Virus record (IMG/VR): IMGVR_UViG_3300044580_000348
Coordinates: 1-36,767 of that record
Direction: 5' to 3' (one strand)
DNA length: 36,767 nt
DNA from: a virus
Lineage: Duplodnaviria > Caudoviricetes
Under the pieces are notes generated by a model. It had not been told where the DNA came from. It made no database searches and saw only the letters and a list, made by a program, of their open reading frames with translations. This document shows positions 23,695 through 33,000 of this stretch, piece after piece (positions within the stretch are counted from its first letter, which is position 1; every line of letters begins with the position of its first letter). The position numbers and the translations under genes are program-made.

Positions 23695-26600
23695 TGGCAC
23701 TACAACCGGTTGACATAGAATTCGTACTCAAAGGCGACGTTGAAGCACAGCTCAAGCGGGTGTCGGCTACGGTCGCTGGCGAAAGCGAGGCGCTGAAAAG
23801 GCAGGTTGCCGAGTACGGGAAAACATTCTCGTCGAGCTACGACAAGAGCGCTACCTCGATAGCAGCCATGAGCGACAAGCTGGCAGCCATGAAGCGGATA
23901 TACAGCGAGCTGAGCGAGCAGGGCCGGAAGTCGGAATTCGGGCGGATATTGTCGGGGAATATCAACGAGCTGAGCCGGGGCATTGAACGTGCCGAAGCCC
24001 AGAACCGCACCTTCCTACAGTCGATCAAGGCGATGCCGGGCCCGATGGGGGCGACCGTTTCGTCGATGGAGCAGATGACCAGGGCAGCCATGCGGTTCAT
24101 TGCGACCCCAATCGGTGCGGTGATTGCTGCGATAGTTGTTGCATTGAAGATGCTCACAACATGGTTCCGCAGTAGCGAAGAGGGCGAGCATGCCCTTGCA
24201 ACCACGACGGTATATTTCAAGCAGATACTCGAAGGGCTGAAAGACCCCATCGAGGCAGTGGGGAAGGCGCTGTACGATGCTTTCACCGAGCCGAAAAAAG
24301 CACTCGAGGCGCTGGTTGCCTTCCTGAAAGGGCAATTCACGTACCGTATTGAGGCGCTGCAAAAGTTCTACGATATCGCCAAGCGCGTGCAGGAAGGTGA
24401 CTGGAAAGCGCTTTTCGATTTCCCCAACGCTTTTATGCAGCTCAACCTTGGCATCGAAGACCCCGTAAAGCGCACACTCCAGTACGCAAAGGGGGTGAAC
24501 GACCGCGCCAACGAGCGGGTGAAGATACAGGGCGAACTGAACAAGCTCGACGTGGAAGAACGAAACTGGTCGATTGAGCGCGAGCGCCTTCAGACGAAAA
24601 TCAACGAGCTGCAACTCGATAGTTACGATCAGGAAAAGTCGGCTGCAGAACAGCGGAAGTCATTGCTGCAGGCGGCAGAGCTGTACCGGAAGGTAGGCGA
24701 AAAGGATGTCGACATTGCAAAGCGGAAGTACGACCTCACAAAGCGCATTGCCGACCTCGACGAAAATACGAAGAAAGACAACGAGGAGCTCGCCAACCTC
24801 GAAATCGACATGATACGCAAGCAGGGCGAAAAGGCTAACAACGTGCGCAGCCTCCAGCGGCGTATCAACACCCTGGGCAGGCAGGAGCTGAAGGAAAGCA
24901 TCAGCGACATTGAGGTGATTCAGAAGCAAATCGAGAAGCTGAACAAGGAGCTGCTCACAGCCGGCGAAGGCGAGCAGAAGCTGATAGCAGCCCGGATAAT
25001 GACCCTTGAGAAGGAACTGAGCCGCCGGATAGATATTGCCGAAGAGGCGAAAAAGGCGGCACGGGCCGAGCTGTACGGCACAAAAGTACCTGAAAGCATT
25101 ACGAAAGAAATCAAGGTGCGCACGGTAACCGAGATCGTTCCCCGCACCGAGCTCGACAAGGCAGCGGCGGCACTGGTGGAAGCGAACCGGAAGCGTATAG
25201 CCGAAATAGCTGCAGAGATCGACGCACTGAACAAGAAAAGCGCAACCGCAGGCGCCGGGCAGCAGGCGCAGATCGACAAACGCATAGCTTCGCTGCAGTC
25301 GGAGCTCAAGTGGCACCAGGACATCACGGCTGAAATAGCCGGCATCAAGCCGGTGCCCGACCCGTTTGCGAACATCGAAAAGCTGAACCTGAAAGCAATC
25401 GAGGACATTAGTCTGCAGATTGCGAAGCTGCAGGAGGAAGCCGCCGGGCTCGACAAGTCGCAGACAGGCGAAATCGACAGGAAGATTGAGAAGCTCGAAG
25501 GTGAGCTTGCCCGTCGCCGACAGCTTACCGGCGAAATCGAAAAGGCACGCAAGGAGCAGGACAAAATCCAACTACCTGGCGGTGACGAAGGGTTCGGGGC
25601 AACTGCTTCGCTGATAGCCGAGAGCCAGCGCCGGATCGCTGAAATCACTGCCGAAATCGAAACACTCAGTAAGAAAAGCGCAAACGCAGGCGCCGGGCAG
25701 CAGGCGCAGATCGACAAACGCATAGCTTCGCTGCAGTCGGAGCTCAAGTGGCATCAGGACATTTCGGCTGAAATAGCCGGCATCAAGCAGGTGCCGAGTC
25801 CTTTTTCGATGCTCGAAAAGCTGAACCTGAAGGTAATAGAACAGCTCTCAGAGGAAATAAGGAAACTGCAAGAGGAAGCCTCCCGGCTCGACGGGGTGCA
25901 GGCCGAAGAACTCGAGAAAAAAATTGCAAAGCTCGAAGCCGAGATCGTGAAGCGGAAAGAGCTCACTGCCGAAATAGAGAAGGCCCGCAAAGCGCAGGAA
26001 ACAGTGAAGATGCCCGAAGGGGGCGAAAAGTTCTCGGACAACGTGAAGGAGGGGGGCGTGGAGCTCGACAAGCTGAAGAAGAAAATTAAGGAGAACGAGA
26101 AGCTGGCTGCCGAAATGGCCGACGCTTTCAATGCCGAGCAGGTGCAGCAATTCGCAATGGCTGTGAACGATGTTCTATGGACTGTCACCGAAATTACCAA
26201 CCGGTACGCCGAACAACTGGGGCTGAATGAGGAACAGGTTAATACAATTAATCAGTTTTCGGACATCATTTCAGGGATGACCGACCTGGCGATGGGCAAC
26301 TATGTTGATGCCGCCGGGAAAATTATCGGCTCAATAATCTCGATTTTTGCGGTGTCGAAAGAGGAGATGAATGTGCATTTCGAGGAAATGCGGGTTAACA
26401 TCGACGGGGTGATATCATCGCTGCAGAAGGCACAGGAGGCAATTGTGAACATCGGGTCGGGGAACTCGGTGCTGTCGCTGGCCCGGCTCGAAAGGGAAAT
26501 GAAGCTTTTGCGCACGGAGGCAGAGGCGCTCAACTATGCAACCCGGAATGTGAGCTATGGGCCCACCTGGTTTGAAATGGATTTCTCTAATATTTTCGGC

Positions 26601-27335
26601 GAGTATGTGAGCCAGGTGCAACTGATCAGGGATGAAATTGAACTGCTCACGAAGAAACTTACAAGCGGAAACCTCAACAATGCACAGCGGGAATCGATCG
26701 AGGCGGTACTCGACAGCTACAATGCCCTGATATCGCAGATCGATTCGATTACACAACAGATGACAGGCACCACGGTACGGGCATTGTCGGAGTCGCTGGC
26801 CGAGGCATTCCTCAACGGGATACCGGCAGCCGAGGCCTGGGGCGAAGAGGTGAGCAATATAATTAAGCGGATTACCGTGACCGAAATGAGTACCCGCTAC
26901 CTGGTTGAGCCGATCCAGAAAGCCATCGACACTTTGATGAAGGGCACCGCCGACGGCCTCGATACCTGGGAAGCGGCGCAGTTCAAGGCCACAATGGACC
27001 AGCTGGCGCAGTCGGTAGGGCCTGCCTTTGCGGCAGCCCGCGAAGCGCTGCAGGGCATCGGTATCGATATAACGTCGCAGGCCACCGACCTGTCGCCGGT
27101 CACGGGGGCGATATCGGCAATTACAGAAGAATCGGCCTCGCTGATCGGAGGGCAGTTGATGGCAACGCGCAACGATCTGAAGGTGATTGTGCAGCAGGCC
27201 CTGGCACAGGCCGAAAAGATGGATCTGAACCTGGCATACCTGTCGGAAATAGCGAAGAATACCCGCTACAACGAGCGGCTGGTGTCGATCGATGAACAAT
27301 TGAAACAAGTGAATGTGAACCTTAAAAACTTATAA
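23694..27335 (+). CDS. Tape measure protein
   Basis: 1213 aa coiled-coil, Ala/Glu/Lys-rich, TM-like segment, position after chaperones. Confidence 0.85.
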   Translation: MALQPVDIEFVLKGDVEAQLKRVSATVAGESEALKRQVAEYGKTFSSSYDKSATSIAAMSDKLAAMKRIYSELSEQGRKSEFGRILSGNINELSRGIERAEAQNRTFLQSIKAMPGPMGATVSSMEQMTRAAMRFIATPIGAVIAAIVVALKMLTTWFRSSEEGEHALATTTVYFKQILEGLKDPIEAVGKALYDAFTEPKKALEALVAFLKGQFTYRIEALQKFYDIAKRVQEGDWKALFDFPNAFMQLNLGIEDPVKRTLQYAKGVNDRANERVKIQGELNKLDVEERNWSIERERLQTKINELQLDSYDQEKSAAEQRKSLLQAAELYRKVGEKDVDIAKRKYDLTKRIADLDENTKKDNEELANLEIDMIRKQGEKANNVRSLQRRINTLGRQELKESISDIEVIQKQIEKLNKELLTAGEGEQKLIAARIMTLEKELSRRIDIAEEAKKAARAELYGTKVPESITKEIKVRTVTEIVPRTELDKAAAALVEANRKRIAEIAAEIDALNKKSATAGAGQQAQIDKRIASLQSELKWHQDITAEIAGIKPVPDPFANIEKLNLKAIEDISLQIAKLQEEAAGLDKSQTGEIDRKIEKLEGELARRRQLTGEIEKARKEQDKIQLPGGDEGFGATASLIAESQRRIAEITAEIETLSKKSANAGAGQQAQIDKRIASLQSELKWHQDISAEIAGIKQVPSPFSMLEKLNLKVIEQLSEEIRKLQEEASRLDGVQAEELEKKIAKLEAEIVKRKELTAEIEKARKAQETVKMPEGGEKFSDNVKEGGVELDKLKKKIKENEKLAAEMADAFNAEQVQQFAMAVNDVLWTVTEITNRYAEQLGLNEEQVNTINQFSDIISGMTDLAMGNYVDAAGKIIGSIISIFAVSKEEMNVHFEEMRVNIDGVISSLQKAQEAIVNIGSGNSVLSLARLEREMKLLRTEAEALNYATRNVSYGPTWFEMDFSNIFGEYVSQVQLIRDEIELLTKKLTSGNLNNAQRESIEAVLDSYNALISQIDSITQQMTGTTVRALSESLAEAFLNGIPAAEAWGEEVSNIIKRITVTEMSTRYLVEPIQKAIDTLMKGTADGLDTWEAAQFKATMDQLAQSVGPAFAAAREALQGIGIDITSQATDLSPVTGAISAITEESASLIGGQLMATRNDLKVIVQQALAQAEKMDLNLAYLSEIAKNTRYNERLVSIDEQLKQVNVNLKNL
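25190..26000 (+). repeat. Tandem 438-bp (146 aa) duplication inside tape measure gene
   Basis: 69-bp exact identity 25247-25315 vs 25685-25753; flanks similar at protein level; outer limits approximate. Confidence 0.9.
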
Positions 27336-27338
27336 GTC

Positions 27339-27605
27339 ATGAACGAAACAAGGACAGGAGTACGGACAAGCCTTCAGATCAGCGCATTCGGGGCGGTGAC
27401 AGGCCTGTCGGCGGCGAACTTTTCGCTGGCAGAGAAGAAGGCATTTCTGATCAAGAACGACGGTACCGAGAATGTGACCCTCGAGGTACTCCCGGCAGTG
27501 GGGAGCACCTGGGTTGAAACGGTTTTCCAGCCGGGCTGGAACCCCGAGATTGTGCAGATGATCAGGAAAAACGCCAATAGTTTGACGCTGCTATGGGGAT
27601 ACTGA
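27339..27605 (+). CDS. Small tail-associated protein
   Basis: 88 aa beta-rich, GWNPEIV...LLWGY, directly after TMP. Confidence 0.7.
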   Translation: MNETRTGVRTSLQISAFGAVTGLSAANFSLAEKKAFLIKNDGTENVTLEVLPAVGSTWVETVFQPGWNPEIVQMIRKNANSLTLLWGY

Positions 27606-27721
27606 TTGGCAACATGATCCATGCCGGGCGCAGGCTGGTGCAGCGCATACTTGCCCGGTTCGACTCGACGGCGATCACCTTCGACTCGACGGCTTTCACT
27701 TTCGACCAGGATGAAACTTAA
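27593..27721 (+). CDS. 42-aa peptide with FDST/TFD repeats (not in ORF track)
   Basis: MGILIGNMIHAGRRLVQRILARFDSTAITFDSTAFTFDQDET fills gap between two tail genes. Confidence 0.6.
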   Translation: MGILIGNMIHAGRRLVQRILARFDSTAITFDSTAFTFDQDET

Positions 27722-27733
27722 CAACGAAATGAT

Positions 27734-29176
27734 ATGAGTACAATACAAACCATAGGACTCGGGGCTGCCGCGAACGATAAAACCGGCGACAGCCTGCGCA
27801 CAGCGGGGGGTAAGATCAATCAGAACTTCGCGAACCTCAATGCCGACAAGGCTGAAAAGACGAACGTGCTGGCGAAGGATAACACCACGGCCTTCACCCC
27901 CGCTGCCGACTACCACCCGGCAACGAAGAAGTATGCCGACGATGCAGTGAAGCCAACCGGGCGTACGAAGACCGAAGCCTTCACCCTTGCGCTCACCGAC
28001 GCCGGGGGCGCGGTGGTGATCGACAGCCTCGACGATATAGCGGTGACCATCCCCCCCGACTCGGAGGTCAATTTTCCGGTGTGGAGCCGTATAACACTGG
28101 CACGGATCGGCCTCGGCAACGGCGTTTTTGTGGCAGGCGAAGGGGTGACCATGACAGGCAATCCGGCAACGGCATCCGGGAAGTTTGCAACAGCTATGAA
28201 GGTAGCTGCCGACACGTGGGTGCTGAGCGGCGAGGAGCATGTGCTCACCTGGGTTGACTTGCTGGCTGGGTTGAAGGCGGATGAGAATTATACTGAAATA
28301 GTAATAAGCAAACAGGCTTATGATGATGGGAAGATTGTTGTGATGGCTTACGATGTGTTGCAGGATACTATTGTATTATTACTTTCAGTAGACAACGGGG
28401 AGACGTGGAATGATATTACTCCGCTGTATGGTGCTGGCGACGGATACGAATATTTTGGTATTAATGGCACAAACATATTTTGTGTTGCTTGTGAAGAAGT
28501 TGGAGGGGAAAAATTATTGCTTTCAACAGACCTCGGAGTAACTTGGGAAGATATAACGCCAGACACAGGCGCATCACATACGAGTATATTTATTTCGGGA
28601 ACAAAAATAGTCAGTGTAACGAGTATACAAATTGAGGAAGATTATGTAGAGAAGATATTTGTGTCAATTAATCTTGGCACCGACTGGGCCAATATAACGC
28701 CGGAATTTGGCGTGAGTGAATTTAGCGTTGTACTTGATGGTGATTCCATTGTCCTTTCAACAAATATTGACACGGGTGACGGCTTTTCGAAGCGACTCTT
28801 CATATCAACGAACTTGGGAATTAGCTGGGAAAACATAAGCATTGAAGGTATGATTGATTATGTTTCTTTGTTTCTTGAGGGAAATACAATACTTGTGAAA
28901 ACCAATGATGGTGAGAACGATCTCATATCATTCACAGAAGACAATGGAGCAACGTGGGTAGAAATTTTCCGACCAGTTGTAGGCTCAGTCAACTTACCAT
29001 CCCAAAGCGGTAATTCTATTTTTGTTTTTTCAGGAGACGAAAATGGCGTCAAACTTCTAATGTCTTCTGATTCGGGAGAAACGTGGGAGGAGCAAGTAGC
29101 CAATATTGATAGTTCTTATGTTCTTTTACAGGCAAATACATTCAGTGAGTATATTACATGTGCATATATTGATTAA
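27734..29176 (+). CDS. Tail fibre / receptor-binding protein with T4 gp9/gp10-like N-terminus and Asp-box beta-propeller
   Basis: QTIGLGAAANDKTGDSLRTAGGKINQNF; ATKKYAD; six SxDxGxTW-like Asp-boxes. Confidence 0.75.
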   Translation: MSTIQTIGLGAAANDKTGDSLRTAGGKINQNFANLNADKAEKTNVLAKDNTTAFTPAADYHPATKKYADDAVKPTGRTKTEAFTLALTDAGGAVVIDSLDDIAVTIPPDSEVNFPVWSRITLARIGLGNGVFVAGEGVTMTGNPATASGKFATAMKVAADTWVLSGEEHVLTWVDLLAGLKADENYTEIVISKQAYDDGKIVVMAYDVLQDTIVLLLSVDNGETWNDITPLYGAGDGYEYFGINGTNIFCVACEEVGGEKLLLSTDLGVTWEDITPDTGASHTSIFISGTKIVSVTSIQIEEDYVEKIFVSINLGTDWANITPEFGVSEFSVVLDGDSIVLSTNIDTGDGFSKRLFISTNLGISWENISIEGMIDYVSLFLEGNTILVKTNDGENDLISFTEDNGATWVEIFRPVVGSVNLPSQSGNSIFVFSGDENGVKLLMSSDSGETWEEQVANIDSSYVLLQANTFSEYITCAYID

Positions 29177-29177
29177 C

Positions 29178-29393
29178 ATGAAAAAATACATCATTATCCG
29201 CAACGGCCTCCCAACCGGGGGCGTGCGCACAGCACCCTACGCGGGCACCCTGCCAGCCGGAGCAGTTGAACTCGAATACCGCAACACCACCAAGCCCGCT
29301 GCACAGGCAGGAATGAGGGTGTATGAAACCTTCCGCATCGAAGACGGAATATGCTGGCAGGCATGGCGGCAAACTCCCGTTAAGGCGAAATAA
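29178..29393 (+). CDS. Small tail-fibre-associated protein (possibly 5' part of an interrupted gene)
   Basis: ATG 2 nt after upstream stop; in frame with 29406-29495. Confidence 0.6.
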   Translation: MKKYIIIRNGLPTGGVRTAPYAGTLPAGAVELEYRNTTKPAAQAGMRVYETFRIEDGICWQAWRQTPVKAK

Positions 29394-29405
29394 ACCACAC
29401 CAGTA

Positions 29406-29495
29406 ATGCCTACAATTGACGAACGTGTTGCCGACCTCGAAGAGGTTACCGGCGCAGTAGTCGAAGTGTTAAACGAAAAAAACATCATCCCATGA
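29406..29495 (+). CDS. 29-aa coiled-coil peptide (possibly 3' part of 29178 gene)
   Basis: MPTIDERVADLEEVTGAVVEVLNEKNIIP; ATGA overlap with next ORF. Confidence 0.5.
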   Translation: MPTIDERVADLEEVTGAVVEVLNEKNIIP

Positions 29496-29653
29496 CAGCA
29501 ATTGAACGCATCATGAAGTTTGCCGGAAAACGGCAGATCGAGATACGAAATAAGGCGAAAGAAAAAAGCAAGGCAGCCGACATCAGCAATGCCGCGAAGC
29601 AGAAGGAGCTGCTGTTGAAAATAGCCACCGACCTGGGGTATGTTGAAAAATGA
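29492..29653 (+). CDS. 53-aa basic hypothetical protein (not in ORF track)
   Basis: ATGA overlaps at both ends. Confidence 0.65.
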   Translation: MTAIERIMKFAGKRQIEIRNKAKEKSKAADISNAAKQKELLLKIATDLGYVEK

Positions 29654-30003
29654 CAATTGACGGGGGAAATATCAGCGTATATGGCTTCCGCCTGCTAACC
29701 GTTACAAACTGGTACGGGTTGCCGGCACGGAAGGCGATTCTTCGCGAGCCGGCCTTCCTGGCAAACGATATGAAGTACGAAGCCCGCAAGCCGGTAGTGA
29801 AGCTGTTCGGTAAGTTCGACGACCTGGAGGAGCTGAACGCCGCTGTCGACGGGCTGATTGCCGTAATGCGCTCGACCCTGGTGCATACCATCACCATTGC
29901 CCGGCACGGCATGAGCTTCAACGGAGTATTCGATAATGGAATGAAAACAACCGTGCAAAAGAACAGTGTCACCCTTGAAATACCTATAACTGTACAGGAA
30001 TGA
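29650..30003 (+). CDS. Distal tail (Dit)-like protein
   Basis: TIDGGNISVYG start, similar style to N-terminus of next gene; position. Confidence 0.55.
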   Translation: MTIDGGNISVYGFRLLTVTNWYGLPARKAILREPAFLANDMKYEARKPVVKLFGKFDDLEELNAAVDGLIAVMRSTLVHTITIARHGMSFNGVFDNGMKTTVQKNSVTLEIPITVQE

Positions 30004-33000
30004 GCTGGTTGCTCGACGATATTGATTTCGCCGATTACGGCGTGAAGGTGCGCAAGTCGCAGGGTGTGATCGACATGCCCGCGCTGATGGATGAAGGCTA
30101 CAACTGGCTCGACGAAAACGGGCGCGACTACTGGCAGGATATTGCCGACTGCCGCTTTGCCGACCGCGAAATTGTGCTGTGGTGCTACCTGAAAGCAACC
30201 AGTTATGCGCAGTTCAAAAGCCGTTTGAACAGCTTTACAACGGCGATTAAGGCAGCCGGAAAGCGATGGCTTACCACCCCCTTCGGCACCGAAATTGAAT
30301 GTTATGTGAAGCGCGAAATAGCGGTCGAACGGCAAGGGTCGTATGTGAAAAGCTGGCAGCTGGGCCTGTTCACCCTGTACCTGACGGTTCCGGGCGATAC
30401 CCGATATAAGGTATACCCCATTTATCACGCCTCGGGGGCCCCTATTGTCGACTACCTGGTGACAGACAACCTTCGCATCAGCCGCAACCTGCAGGGCGAC
30501 AGCTACGCAACCTGCACGGTCGAGAAGAACGTGCCGCTGGCGGTCGACATGTATGCCTATATCTTGATCAATACCAACGGGCTTAACTACGAGCCGTACT
30601 ATTTCATGCACCGCCCCGAGGTGACCAAGGCAAGTACCAACAAGTTCACATACAACCTGCGGCTTGAGCACGGGAGCATATTGCTGAAGCAGTCGCGTTT
30701 TCTGAACAACAGTGAAAGCGATTTCCCGCTGTATGCCGACCTTGAAACTATCGTTGACCTCGTTTGCGACAATGCCGACCGGTTCATCCCCGGGAAATTC
30801 ATCGCCGGAACCATCGATGCCACCACCACCAGGCTGCACACCTTCAAGGGCGAAGACTGCCTGTCTGTTGTCAAGCGCCTGGCGCAGGAATATAAGCTCG
30901 AGTACGACGTAAGGTTTGTATATCCCGGATCGTACTATGTGATCGACATCAGGGAGCAGATAGCAGCAACGAAGGAGATCACACTTGAGTACGGAAAAGG
31001 GAAAGGGTTGTACGAACTGCGGCGCGGGCAACCCAACCGCGACAACCTGTGCACTGTGCTGTACGCATACGGCGCGGCGAAGAATCTGAAACCCGACTAC
31101 CGCAGCGGAAAGCGCAGGCTTGAGTTCGATGGGAACCCACTGCGCAAAAACGACGAAACGTACATGGGGGTCGAAAAAGATGCTTTCTTCGACGATATAT
31201 ATCCCCGCCGGACCGGTACAGTAACGGGCTACACCCAGGTGCTGAAAGACGACCTTACCGACGCTCAGAAAGAGATATGGCCTGGCGGAATATACCAGGT
31301 CATTGACACATCGCTCGATTTCGACCTGAACGACTACCTCCTCGGAGGGCTGTCGGCGAAAATACACATGAACTCAGGGTCGCTCGCCGGGTTCGAGTTC
31401 GAGATAGCGCTGTACGACCATGCGAGCACATCGATGTACATCATACCATTCAAGGATGAGCGGGGGGCAGTATACCCGTCGGCATTGCTGCAGATTGCCC
31501 CCGACGATGAATATGTACTTGTCGATATTGACCAGCCCGAAAGATATGTGGCAGCAGCCGAGGCAGAACTTGAAGCTGCTGCCGGCGACCTGCTCGACCG
31601 GCTTTGCGAGCCCGACTACCCCTACGAGGCGACTGTCGATCCTGCTTTTCTGGCCACAATAAGTGACCGGTTCGAGGTCGGCGACCGGGTTACGATCAAG
31701 GATACAAACCTCTCAATTGAGCAATTGTACCGCATCACCCAGCTGGTATATCATGCCTACACTGGCGTGTATGAGCTTTCGCTGGCCGAATTCAGGCAGT
31801 ATACGAAGCGCGAGCGGCAGCAGATTGTGATCGACAAGATAGTCCGCACCATCGAAGCCACCAACGCACAGGAGGTTGAGACCATCCGCAAGGACCAGGA
31901 AACCACCAACGAACTGCGCAACCGCCTGCTCGACCCGATTACTGAAAAACTTCAACTCGATACACTTGTCCGCCACGAAAGCATCGACCCCGGAATGCTG
32001 GCTTTCGACGCTGGCGTGCCTCAGTTCTTTCTGAAGGGGATGATGGTGGAGGCCAACTACGGTGATGATCCGAACAAGGTGTATATTTCGAGCGGCTACC
32101 TGATCATTACCAATTATTACACCGAATGCCGGTACGACATCAAGAAAAAACGCGACGCGGCAATTGAGTACGATCCCTCGCGCTCGTGGTTCATCCAGGG
32201 ACAGACATACGACCTGTCGAATACAAGTCTGCAATACGCATACGTTAAGATTAACCTCGATATTAACCAGGATGAAGGTGAAATCATATTCGACGACAAG
32301 CATATTGAGGTGAAACGGTACCTGTCGTCGGGGTATCTCTATTATAAGCTCGGCTATCTGACAGCCGTTGAAAGTCCGCGCGGGGTAGCAATGTTGTGGG
32401 GCAATGTGAAGCAACCGAGTAATATTGAGATTGCCCGCAGCCTGATCGGGATACCGAAGTACGGATCGCTGTACAACGAGGATGCCCTGACCGATGCGCG
32501 GAATATCTGCGCCCCCGGCTGGCACGTGCCCACACTCGCCGAGTTGGAAGCGCTGTACGACGAGGTGAACAACGGCATCCCCGATGATGAAACCGGTCTG
32601 GTTCTGAAGTCGCTTGGCTTGCAATACTGGGCTGAGGGGCATACCGCTAACGACCGGAAGGGTTTCGACCTGCGTGGCACAGGGAAAAGGAATGCTGACG
32701 GTACATTTGAGGGCATTCAGGAAATCGTTCACCTTGGGAGCACCACCAGCGATGTTTGGACTTTCGAGTACGACAACTCTGGATCGACGTTTGAGACAGT
32801 TGCGGCCAATGTGGGCCGGGTGCTGCGTCCAATTGCCGACACCACCGAGCTTGTCGATGAAGGACAGACAGGTTGGTATACCGGCAACGATGGGAAGATA
32901 TACCGCACAAGGCTCATATACGGAGTTGAGTGGGTAGTTGAGAACGTTTCGGAAACCTACTACCAGGATGGATCGCCTATCGAAAAAGTGGAGGATGCCG

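Noticed and set aside
25247-25753. DGR template/variable repeat pair in tape measure
   Set aside because: Both copies are in-frame coding and differences are not adenine-restricted
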